The notes: generated by a model from the sequence alone, not told the origin. A DNA stretch of 32,000 bases from Paramicrosporidium saccamoebae KSL3 (GCA_002794465.1 MTSL01000190.1:1-32000), one strand, 5' to 3'. Shown: positions 20,609 to 31,132, counted from the first letter of the stretch. Numbers and translations: made by a program.

Positions 20609-23600
20609 ATGCCGCCCAAATTCAAAAAGGGCATTCGTGCGGTGGCCGAAGGAGAGGAGGACGAGGCATTAGTTAATGTTAAACGCTTTGCAGAGATCTC
20701 ACGTCGCGCTGAGATTGACTCGCAGATGGGATTTTCTTCCTTCTCTGGCGGGACACGCATTGGTTGGATGCTTAATATGCAATCTGTAGCATCAAGAGTT
20801 CCTTGTCTGATGGGTGTAGACCTTTGTGATGGACAGTGAATGGCCGAGTGGGAGGTCGGCTGTCGACTATTACTTTATGTGTGAAGATGGTTCCTGTTTC
20901 AAGGCAACCATGACATACAGCCCCTACTTTTTTGTCAAATGCAAGGCATCACCCTCGCTCTGTATCTTAATATGTAGAAAGGAACGGAGAATGAGGTGGA
21001 AGAATATTTGCGACGGAGATTTGAGAACACCATCGAGTCGATGCAACGAATGATGAAAGAGGACCTTGATTTACCCAACCATCTGGCTGGAGTGCAGCGC
21101 TGCTATCTCCAACTCTGCTTCCGCAATACCTCGGACCTCTTGTCAGTTCGCAAAGTGCTCCTTCCCGCAGCCACTCGGAATGGCGAGGGATACAAAGAGG
21201 CCGTCATGGCACAGGATGAACCAGTTTCCAAACGAAGTGAACATGGAGCCCTGTCCAATATTGTGGGCCTGCGGGAGTATGATATTCCGTATCATTTGCG
21301 TGTGGGCATTGATCGTGATGTGCGGGTTGGGCTTTGGTATACAGTCACATCTCACGGCCCCACTACAACTCTCACGAGGCTCACCACCAAAGATGTTCGT
21401 CCCGATCCGGTCGTATTTGCATTTGACATTGAAACGAGCAAGATGCCGCTCAAATTTCCCGATGCCGCCCAGGATCATATTATGATGATTTCATACATGG
21501 TCAACGGACGAGGCTTCCTCATTGTCAATCGCGATATTGTTAGCGAGGACATTGAAAACTTTGAATACACGCCAAAGCCCGATTTCCCCGGTGTCTTTAC
21601 CATCTTTAATGTGGCCGATGAACAAGCACTACTACAAAAATTCTTTTCGCATATCCAACTCATTAGACCGCATGTATTTGTCACTTACAATGGCGATTTC
21701 TTCGATTGGCCGTTTATTGAGACTCGTGCAGCATCATATGGGATGGTAATGGAGTCGATGATTGGGATTGCAAAAAACTCGCAGGGAGAGTATTGTGGCA
21801 GTTATTGTGTGCACATGGACTGTTTTTGTTGGGTCAAGCGAGACTCGTATCTGCCGGCAGGTAGTCATGGACTCAAAGCCGTCTGCTCCATCAAGTTGGG
21901 CTATGATCCCTTGGAACTGGATCCCGAGCTGATGACTCCCTTGGCGTCTCAGGATCCCCATACTTTGGCAAATTACTCTGTCTCAGATGCAGTGGCCACA
22001 TATTACTTATACATGAAGTATGTCCATCCATTCATCTTTTCCCTCTGTAACATTATTCCCCTAATGCCTGATGAGGTGTTACGGAAGGGCACCGGGACTC
22101 TGTGTGAGACCCTTCTGATGGCTGAAGCATACAAAGCCACCGTTATTATGCCGAATAAATACGAAGAGGCTCGCGAAAAGTTTCACAAAGGCCACCTATT
22201 GGAGAGTGAGACTTATATTGGCGGTCATGTGGAGGCATTGGAGGCTGGCGTGTATCGGAGCGACTTTACATACAAATTCAAGATTAACCCCGAAACGATG
22301 CATCAACTGGTTAATGATCTGGACCGGGCACTTAAATTCTTCTTGGAACACGAAAGTCACACCCCGCTTGCCGACGTGCGCAATTATGAAGAGGTTTACG
22401 AAAGCATCAAGGGAATGCTTTTGGCTCTTGCGGAAACGCCTACTAAGCACGATCGTCCGTTAATTTACCACTTGGATGTGGGGTCCATGTATCCCAACAT
22501 TATCCTTACTAATCGTCTACAACCCTCCGCCATGGTGAGCGATGCAACCTGTGCAGTGTGTGACTTTAACCGACCCGGAAAGCAATGTCAGCGAGCCATG
22601 ACCTGGTCCTGGCGTGGCGAATATTACAGTGCCAAGCAAAATGAATACAAGATGATCAAGAAGCAACTTGAAGGCGAGAGATTCCCGTCCAAGCACGTTC
22701 CCAACACTACTGTCGCCTTTCATGAACTGTCCCAGGTGGAACAGAGTGCTCTGATCAAAAAGCGTCTGGCTGATTACAGTCAAAAGGTTTATCGACGCAC
22801 TCGGCAAAATGAAGTGATCACAAAGACGTCGGTGGTGTGTCAGCGTGAAAATTCCTTTTATATTGATACAGTGAAAAGCTTCCGCGACCGCCGCTATGAC
22901 TATAAGAATCTGCAAAAGGTTTGGAAGAAGAAGCTGGATGAGGCAACCAAGGGAAAGGATCCCACCAAGGTGGAAGAGGCCGGAAAATTAGTCGTCCTGT
23001 ACGATTCGTTGCAACTTGCGCACAAGTGCATCCTCAATTCATTTTACGGTTATGTGATGCGCAAGGCGGCCCGATGGTATTCCATGGAGATGGGAGGGAT
23101 TGTTTGTGAGACAGGGGCGGCAATTATCACTCTCGCCCGACAGCTGATTGAGCAGTTTGGACGTCCACTTGAGCTGGACACGGATGGGATCTGGCTCATG
23201 TTGCCCTCGGGATTTCCCCAAAACTTTTGTTTTGATCTCTATTCGGGAAAAAAGGTGCATTTTGCATATCCCTGTGTGATGCTTAATCATTTGCTATTTG
23301 ACAAGTTTACCAATCATCAATATCAAACTCTCGTGGGACCACAAAGCTATACGGTGAGCAGTGAAAATTCCATCTTTTTTGAAATCGACGGACCGTACAA
23401 GGCAATGGTGATCCCCTCTTCCACCGAGGAGGGCCGACAGCTGAAGAAACGATATGCCGTCTTCAATGAGGACGGCACATTGGCCGAACTAAAGGGCTTT
23501 GAAATCAAGAGAAGAGGAGAGTTGAAGCTGATCAAGATTTTCCAATCGCAAATATTCAAGACATTCTTGGCGGGCACCAACTTGGTAGAGTGTTACAAAG

Positions 23601-26600
23601 AAGTAGCCACGGTGGCAAATTATTGGTTGGACATTTTGTACTCTCGCGGCGCCAATCTGCACGATTCCGAGCTAATTGAGTTGATTTCGGAGAATAGGAG
23701 CATGTCCAAGGCATTGGAAGACTATGGTGCCCAAAAATCCACCTCCATCTCCACGGCCAAACGACTGGCCGAGTTTCTTGGCGATCAGATGGTAAAGGAC
23801 AAGGGTCTGGCTTGCAAATTTATCATCTCTGCCAAACCAGCCGGCCTGCCCGTTACCAACCGAGCCATTCCCGTGGCCATCTTCTCCGCCGCCCCTGAGA
23901 TCCGTCGTCATTATCTCTCCAAATGGCTAAAGGACAGCTCCCCTGCCGTTGACATTCGTGATATTATCGACTGGTCGTACTATTTGGAGCGCATTGGGAC
24001 AATGATCCAAAAGCTCATTGTGATTCCAGCTGCGTTGCAATCAGTAGCGAACCCAGTGCCAAGGGTCATCCCGCCTGAATGGCTAAAGAGCGGAACGGCA
24101 GGCAAGCCAGTGCAAAAGGAACAAAGAAAGATTACTGACATGCTGGCGGCCATGCGCACAGTCGACATGGAAGATACTGTTCTGATGACAACAAAAGTTG
24201 CATTTAAACGTCCAGCTGAGGTTCTAGTCACGGCAAACGATCCAGTGGTTTTGGCCGAGATTGATCCGGAAGTGGACTATTCCGCTTGGGTTGCGTCTAG
24301 GAAAGACCACTGGCGACTGCTGAAATCTAAATTGAAGAATAGCGAGTCGGTAGGAAAGAAGAAGAATAATACGATTGGATCCATGTTGAACCAGGATCGG
24401 GTCAATGTATTACGGACGCCATGGGAAATAGTGGCTATCCAGGAAACATTGGTGCCGGGGGAATTTCAACTATGGGCCATGGTTGCAGATACGATGCGAT
24501 CGTTCAAATTGACGTGCCCTCGTCGGGTTTACGTGGGTACCAAGGAGCCACTAGCCGATCTGGGCAGCCGGGTTCATTTCCGTCTTCCCGAGGGATTGTC
24601 CGCCAGTCACCTCTATGAGCTGGTAATGCCGGAGCGGGTTTTCCAGGAAGAATTCATCTCCAACTCGGCGGCGCTCCTTGATCCCATGTTGGAGGGCATT
24701 TGGGAGGCCAACATTCCACTAAACTTTCAACTGTACACTCGGCTGGGAGCAGTGGTGTCAGTGGTGAAGGAGGCGCAACGGGAAACCTCTGTTGACCGTG
24801 TCTTTACCCCTGACGAATTAGTGTTCCGTGCTGAATTGCCCTATTTACAAGGGGAAAGGATTGTATATGGATATTATGGTGCGTTGAGCGCTGATAATCG
24901 ACATGTCATGTTGTTAGCATTCAGCAATTCGCCCATTCTGCGGATTTTTGTGACGGATGATGGAATGAGGAGACAGCTGACTGGACCAAAGGCGCTTCTA
25001 GCTATGGCGTTGAAGAGTCACGAATTGCTGCCCGCTCCCTTTACTATCGATGAGGAGCTTGTTCAATATGAAATTGATTATTTCCCCGACTACGAGTCTG
25101 CTGTAAAGACTCTGCAACGCGCGATTAATAGCTATTTGGATGATCGACCTCTGCCGACCATCATGTTGACACTTTCCTCAACCAAGGACATTCCTGCATT
25201 CTCCCGATTGCCCTGTGTGCCCATCCCCTCGTGGCATGGACAATACATCTTCCCGCCCCTCGATTGGCAACGAAGCTCTGCCCGTCGTCTATTGGAATAT
25301 TACGTGCAGATCAATAGCTGGCTGGCCGACCGTATTGCATTGGCACGCTTTTCTCATGTTCCATTGGCCAATTTGCCTGCCAAAACGGACGTGATGAGCT
25401 TTGTATCGGATATATTCTTTGCACGCATGCATCGCCAACAGGGATATCTGCTACCTTGGAACCAGAATGACAACATTTCCTGGCGTAATGATTCAACCGA
25501 TTACGAGTTGCACATTACTCCCAGTGCGGGAATTGACACTCCGGGATTATACCGTCACGTATCGGTGGATTTTGATGTATCGGCAATGCCAATCAATGCG
25601 ATTCTCGAGTACGGACACATTAGTCCCGATGAAAACACGCCGCCCATGTTCACCATCCTAAAAACGCTACTCACCAATTGGCTAAAGGAGACGATCAAAG
25701 GCAATCCGCTGGCTGCCCAACTCGTAGAGAGTGCCTTCCGATGGATTCGATCGGGAGAATCCCAATTATTGGCGTCATCGGTGCTGCAGCGCCTCAATGT
25801 GACAATGCAGCGTGCACAACAGCGTCTTGTGGAGCATTTGCGCCAACTCGGCTGTACAGTGGTGCATGGTGACCATCATCGTTTGGTAATTGCAACGGCA
25901 AAGGACCATGTGGAGAATGCCAAGGCATTTGTAGAGTATTTACTGAATGATTTGAAAAGAACTGATGGTTTGGCATGGATTACCCTCCATCCGGCCATGT
26001 ATTGGCAGAGTATCTTGTGGATGGATAAATCCAATTTTGTTGCCTTTCCCTGCACTGAGGACGGGAACAGTGAGGTAACACTGAGGTTGAATTTGGGAGA
26101 CTATTTGCCGCCGATCCTTCATCGACCCTTTACTGTAATGGTTGCTGAATATCTTGCGCAAATATCCACAACGATCCCAACGGCTTCCCAAACAAAGATC
26201 GAACCAATGAAGGCGGCCGAATTGTTTGATGAGGAAGCTGATGATGCGGAGATGGAGCAATGTGAGGAGCTGATCAGTGCAGAGTATAAGACTAAGTTCC
26301 TGTCGGTAGTGCGTGAGGTGCAGCGTCTACTATCAGGGGCGCCCATATCGTCGGAGGATGCCCTACGGAAAGCATTCCCTGTCCGTGTTGGGTCCCACGT
26401 CGAGCTGACTGATGCTCCACTTACCTTTGTCAAGTTCCTGGGAGCTCTACTATCCCTGGACAAGATCTGCGCCCCAGCCATCTTCAATCTCGTTAAACAG
26501 GCATATGCGCTACTCGGAGTCCGTGAATTCAGCGAAGCAACCGTCTTTGTGGACCCGTGTCGCTCCTTTGTCCTGCCCGCCGTCATCTGTCCCGGCTGCA

Positions 26601-26941
26601 ATCACACCCGCGATCTTGATTTCTGTCGGGATGTCGATGTACTCGCCGCCATGTCCCGTCCCGTCCATTCCTTTTCCTGTTCCTGTGGTCGTCTCTATGA
26701 TTTGGTCGAGATAGAGGCAGAGATTGTGGCTGTCCTGGCTGAGGAGGCTGAACGATATCAAAGACAGGATCTGACGTGTTCGTGCGGCGTGGTGGCAGAG
26801 TTGATGGGATGCAAGTGTGCCGGAAAATACCGACTAGAGGGCTTGGATGCGATGGAGCGGGTGCGTGTGGTCACTCGGGTGGCCAGGGCGCTTGATCTGC
26901 AGTCCCTGTCCGCATACATTTCAAGCAACTATAATCTGTAA
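20609..26941 (+). CDS. POL2: DNA polymerase epsilon catalytic subunit; 3 exons, about 2088 aa
   Basis: Exons 20609-20785, 20820-20945, 20978-26941; exonuclease DIETSK, polymerase LDVGSMYPN and ELDTDG, CysX (CAVC...C...CQREN), inactive second PolB half, C-terminal Cys clusters. Confidence 0.97.
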
Positions 26942-27015
26942 ACAATCATTTATATTAGTGAGTGGTGGGGGGGATGAGAGAGATAGAGAGCATATATTAG
27001 TGTAAAGGATCTTGG

Positions 27016-27227
27016 TGTCGCGTAGTGGGGATAATACCACGGCCCAGTTTAGGTGAGAAGAGAATTTATTCAGTCAATCCAACGACCCATTTATAGTCTC
27101 ACAAATAACATAATCCCCAAATGGTAAGATATAGATCTCATTATCCTTCATCGATTGTTCTGATTATCCCTTCTCCAAACTAGAGAACTATTTCCAAAAG
27201 ACATACTAATCAGTCTTCTACGTCACA
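27016..27227 (-). mobile_element. Solo LTR-like element, copy 1 (212 bp)
   Basis: TTGG|TGTCGCG...CGTCACA|TTGG: TG...CA termini with a perfect 4-bp flanking duplication; TATAAAT then AATAAA on the minus strand; inverted homolog at 28224-28448. Confidence 0.75.
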
Positions 27228-27363
27228 TTGGTACCTATGCAAGTTTGTGTTTACATCTGTTTAACTAATAGTAAGCAAATTGCCATCTACTTGCCAAGAC
27301 ACATAGTATTCCTCTTACCAAGCACCATCACGTTTATTGAACTGCTCCTTCACTACACCAGTC

Positions 27364-28079
27364 CTAATCCTCCAGCCCAACTCGTTCCAAGATCTTGTCG
27401 AGGGTCCCTCGCTGTGCCACCTTGACTACCTTTTCTGCGGGTAATGCCTTCCTTGGCACTCTCACCACCAACACCCCCAAAGTACTCCACGCTTCCACTC
27501 GTTCTTGGTCCGCATCTTCGGGTAGCTCAAACACTTCTTCCACACTCCGCTCATAACATGCACGACGTGAACCCCGGGAGAAGCATTCCTCGTGATCGCC
27601 AAAGACAAGCAGCTGGTTGCGGGTCAAATGTATATGCAGCGACGAGATGGGCAGACCGGGACAATCCAGAAAGACAATGTAGTCGTCTGGCAGCACTCTG
27701 ACCTGAAAGTTTCTGCGATCAGTACGAAGGCTGTCCATGCGAACTCTAAAAGTCTCATTAGCACAGAAAGGCGGTACCCAGTAAGTTGTTGACGTACACG
27801 CGTGAGAATATCAGAAGCCTTGTCCTTTGTCCAGCTGACTGCCTCCTGGGCCCGTTCCGCCACGTCTTGGGTTCTGTCTTTGGTCCAATGCATTGCATCA
27901 CTATTTAGTCAGTAATGATTCAACGTGGAATACCTTGTGGCATCTTTGACTGCTTGGGAAGCATCCCTCAAGCCCACAGATGGTGATTCCACATATTCTC
28001 CAGGATGCATCAATGTCCAGGATTGCAATGCGAAAATGATGGCTGTACTTGCAACAAGTGCTGGAGCTGTAAGTATCAT
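27364..28079 (-). CDS. Small heat-shock protein (alpha-crystallin domain) with N-terminal hydrophobic leader and LEA-like repeats; 3 exons, 216 aa
   Basis: Exons 28079-27934, 27900-27778, 27745-27364; introns of 33 nt (GTATTC...ACTGAC..ATAG) and 32 nt (GTACCG...GCTAAT..TTAG) give one open frame; ACD motifs DCPG, FELPEDAD..V.A....GVLVVRVPRK. Confidence 0.8.
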
Positions 28080-28574
28080 GTTGTTGGATGCGAGCCAAAT
28101 CGAACTCTTTAGTACAATGTTATTGAACGCGAGCTAAATCGAACCCCTTAGTATAACGTTGTTGGATATGAGCTAAATTGAACTCTAGTAAAATATTGTT
28201 GGATATGAGCTAGATCACAAGTCCGTGACGTAGAGGGTCGATTAGTTGGGTATTTGAGGATGGTTCCCTAGGCTGGAGAAAGGATAATCAAAACAATCGA
28301 TGGAGGATAATGAGATCTATATCTTTACCATTTGGGACTGTTACTTTATTTGTGAGACCATAAAAGGGTCGTTGGATTGACTGAATAAACTCTCTTCTCG
28401 TCTCTTCCCGCCCGACAAAGTCCGTGGTTTTATCTCCACTACGCGACAAGTCTGCTCCTTAGTATAATGTTGTTGGTGTTGAGCTAAATTGAATTCTAGT
28501 AAAATGTTGTTGAATATATGCTAGATTGAACTCCTTCATACAGTGTTGCTGAATGTGGACCAAATTGAACATTT
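28072..28574. repeat. 37-39 bp minisatellite (about 7 units) interrupted by the solo LTR
   Basis: AGTA.AATGTTGTTGGAT..GAGCTAAAT.GAACTC(TT) units at 28072, 28111, 28150, 28187 and 28461, 28498, 28537. Confidence 0.88.
28224..28448 (+). mobile_element. Solo LTR-like element, copy 2 (225 bp)
   Basis: AGTC|CGTGACG...CGCGACA|AGTC: 4-bp flanking duplication, 5' T>C variant of TG; CATAAAA 28359, AATAAA 28384, pyrimidine tract; roughly 85-90% identical to copy 1 over the core by eye. Confidence 0.75.
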
Positions 28575-28606
28575 ACTCCTTAATACACTTGCTTTATTAG
28601 TACTGT

Positions 28607-29314
28607 CTACAGATAGGGACCAACTCGACATTCAGGTGTAATGCACACCTGTCCCACAATATTAGGCTTGATTGCTATATATCCGTCGTGTTCCTTTAGC
28701 ACTGACCAGAACAAGCCCTCATAAACCAAGACGTTCGTGTCCGCAAACCGTAGTGATCCACCAAGCCAGCGTTTTAGCAGACTAATCTGCGCACCGAGGG
28801 TGAGAGTCACAAAGACGGCAGCCTTTACTGCCGCTGACCAATAGACGGTGAAGAGCCCGTAATCCACTGCAGTCATGATTAGAGGCGGGATGATTGCTAC
28901 CATACAGCAAATACCGTCCAACAGGGCCATTAGGGCGGTTCCCGGGAAGGACCAGGTTTGCAAATCAAAGAGCCTTTGGTCCTTTTTGCCCTCGGGATGC
29001 TGAACTAGGGTCTCCAAGTTCCATACTGCTGCCGACGAGCCATCTGAAAGACGCACCTGTGAAAAGAAGAGATGCATTTGCTCGATTATTCCTTGCTTAT
29101 CTCCATTATTGACTGAATCGCCGACATGCAGTTTACCCTGGAACGCATGGAAGATCATCATCCTCACGAACAACATGAAAAGGAGCCCGCTGATCATTCC
29201 CAAGTTTACCAATCCCTTGCCATAGATCTGTGTCGCTTTCCATAGTTCCCATCCCTGTTGTCCGGCAATAAAGATCGAAGCGGCGTCTATCGCAACCCCG
29301 ATCCACCACCACAT
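28607..29314 (-). CDS. Small MscS-like membrane protein with two tandem TM+beta-domain modules, 235 aa
   Basis: KLHVGDSVNNGDKQGIIEQMHLFFSQVRLSDGSSAAVWN fits the MscS middle-domain pattern; second module GSLRFAD...LFWSVLKEHDGYIAIKPN; ATG 29314 chosen to avoid antisense overlap with the next gene. Confidence 0.6.
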   Translation of the reverse strand: MWWWIGVAIDAASIFIAGQQGWELWKATQIYGKGLVNLGMISGLLFMLFVRMMIFHAFQGKLHVGDSVNNGDKQGIIEQMHLFFSQVRLSDGSSAAVWNLETLVQHPEGKKDQRLFDLQTWSFPGTALMALLDGICCMVAIIPPLIMTAVDYGLFTVYWSAAVKAAVFVTLTLGAQISLLKRWLGGSLRFADTNVLVYEGLFWSVLKEHDGYIAIKPNIVGQVCITPECRVGPYL

Positions 29315-29392
29315 CAGCCGACCAACCAGAAGTTGCTTCCTAAAATGGAAATGACTGACCAATGAATTTGAGCCCAGCTGACAAACATTAGG

Positions 29393-30937
29393 ATGGAACG
29401 GCGGTGGCAATTCATTCTTACACAATTCGTCCTGCCATTTCTGGTGGGAGTGGGGATTGCCGTGGTTATAGTAACATGGCGGACGAACGTCCCTCGGCAC
29501 GATGATGAACCGGCCATGATGGCACAGCCGTCAATGATTATTGAGCCAATGGCCCAATTCGAAGAGCTCAAAGTGGAGGAGGATCAGCAAATTGCAGCCG
29601 AACCAAAGATTGAGGAGGAGCCTGGACCAGCCGAGTTTACGCCAATGAACACACCTCCTAAGCCCGACGATGCGGCGAAACGAAAACTGCGCGCAGAGCG
29701 AGCCGCCAAGGGCAGCTGGACCTGCCGACACCGCTCCACCAAGTGGCTTGAACAAAACTCGCAGTATCTCCCATCCGAGTTACGTGAATATCTCCAACGG
29801 TACAACCGACTTCATGACAAGTCGCTGAAAGAGTTGTCAGTCGAAGAGGCTTTTCAGACCAGCCTGACGAGTGTCAAAAATAATGTGCGATATATAGTAT
29901 GGCGGCCGGTAGGAGAGGATTTGGCGGGACAGATTCTTAGTCTCACCTCTGCCTTCCTGCTAGCATTACTGACCGATCGAATCTTGCTCATCAATCTTCC
30001 CTATGTAAGACTATTCTTCTGCGAGCCATTCACGCGCTCCTCCTGGATCTTTCCCCAGAAACACCTGGCAGATTTAAATAATTTCACAGTGATGCGAAAC
30101 GCCTTGCAGACGCGCACTTTACTGCGGGTTACGCGTCTCAAGCTCAAAGACGGATTCCAGGATGACGACTCGATCTTTCTAACTTGCAATGGAAACCTCA
30201 AGACGATGATAGCGCATTCCCAAATCCTACTGGTCGAGTCACCAGTTGGATTTGTGGAATTATTAGCTGCAAATCCGTCTCATCGTAACCGTCTCAACCA
30301 CCTGTTCCAGGATCGTCCTATCTACACTCTTCTCATGCACCATTTGCTGCACCCATCAAACGACATGTGGTTCCGGATTATTGACACATATCATGTGCAC
30401 TACACTAATGATGTTGAGCGTCCCTCCCGTCTCGGTGTCCATTTGCCCGTTGTTGGAACTGACGCGGTTGAATCCTTCAAACTCCGCCACAAGATGCAAT
30501 GCGCCCTCCGGAAGCATATCGACTTGCCGACCACACAGGGCCGCATTATCTACTACAGTCCCTCAGGGCCGACCAACGACCCCCGATTGTGGGCAAAGAG
30601 ACAGCTGAGTATTCCGATGGGATACAAATTGGTGACGTCAACAGCAGAGAATTCCAAAAAGGGCTACCTGGGCGACTGGCGACGGCTCCTCACAGATATA
30701 TGGATGGGTAGTTGGACGCATGTATTTGTGATAGGCGAAATGACTCAGGCGGCACTGGCGACGCATTACTACCGGGCAAAGGAGTCGTGGGTACTGGAGC
30801 AACAAGCCGAGGGAGAGGATTGCAACTATGTTGCAATGTCGTCTGCATACCTACTGCCAGTGCCTGAAAATTTGACTGATTGTCCAGCCTTTCGGCAAGA
30901 ATGGCGTGCCAAATACAAAAAAGTCAAATCTCAATAA
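29393..30937 (+). CDS. GT37-fold fucosyltransferase-like type II membrane protein B (degenerate active site)
   Basis: N-terminal TM and stalk; VRYIVWRP...LSLTSAFLLALLTDRILL, FCEPFTRSSW, LLHPSNDMW; the GLGNR and GIQxR motifs are replaced by DLAGQ and GVHLP. Confidence 0.75.
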   Translation: MERRWQFILTQFVLPFLVGVGIAVVIVTWRTNVPRHDDEPAMMAQPSMIIEPMAQFEELKVEEDQQIAAEPKIEEEPGPAEFTPMNTPPKPDDAAKRKLRAERAAKGSWTCRHRSTKWLEQNSQYLPSELREYLQRYNRLHDKSLKELSVEEAFQTSLTSVKNNVRYIVWRPVGEDLAGQILSLTSAFLLALLTDRILLINLPYVRLFFCEPFTRSSWIFPQKHLADLNNFTVMRNALQTRTLLRVTRLKLKDGFQDDDSIFLTCNGNLKTMIAHSQILLVESPVGFVELLAANPSHRNRLNHLFQDRPIYTLLMHHLLHPSNDMWFRIIDTYHVHYTNDVERPSRLGVHLPVVGTDAVESFKLRHKMQCALRKHIDLPTTQGRIIYYSPSGPTNDPRLWAKRQLSIPMGYKLVTSTAENSKKGYLGDWRRLLTDIWMGSWTHVFVIGEMTQAALATHYYRAKESWVLEQQAEGEDCNYVAMSSAYLLPVPENLTDCPAFRQEWRAKYKKVKSQ

Positions 30938-31011
30938 AGCGATGCAAACTGTGAGATAGTATAACTACGAGCCAGGGATACGAACAGGTACTGTTGATGG
31001 GTCTCGTTTTT

Positions 31012-31132
31012 ATTAAAGTATATAGCTTCTTTATAGGTAACCATTCCGAATATAACCAAACTGGCCTGTGGGACCGCCACCTGAGTCGGACTCGCCAATA
31101 ATAAGCGGGTGCTGTTTAACAGGGACCTTATA
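31012..31132 (-). repeat. Dispersed non-coding element, locus B
   Basis: Ungapped 121-nt match to 9948-10068 (about 83% identity). Confidence 0.85.

Noticed and set aside
20996-26941. Many short antisense or overlapping ORFs within POL2 and other long genes
   Set aside because: No motifs; expected shadow ORFs in moderately GC-rich coding DNA.
28080-28223. Heat-shock elements upstream of the sHsp
   Set aside because: No clear array of alternating nGAAn/nTTCn units was found.
27016-28448. Pack-MULE/foldback transposon that captured the sHsp gene
   Set aside because: No duplication flanks the outer ends of the pair; each arm has its own 4-bp TSD and TG..CA-type ends, favouring two separate solo LTRs.
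28072-28574. CRISPR-like array
   Set aside because: Units are contiguous with no unique spacers, the context is eukaryotic, and there are no cas genes; the same applies to the 5767 and 20408 arrays.
29315-29500. 62-aa N-terminal extension of the MscS-like ORF
   Set aside because: Runs antisense into the GT37-B coding region and looks like shadow sequence; ATG 29314 directly precedes the first hydrophobic helix.
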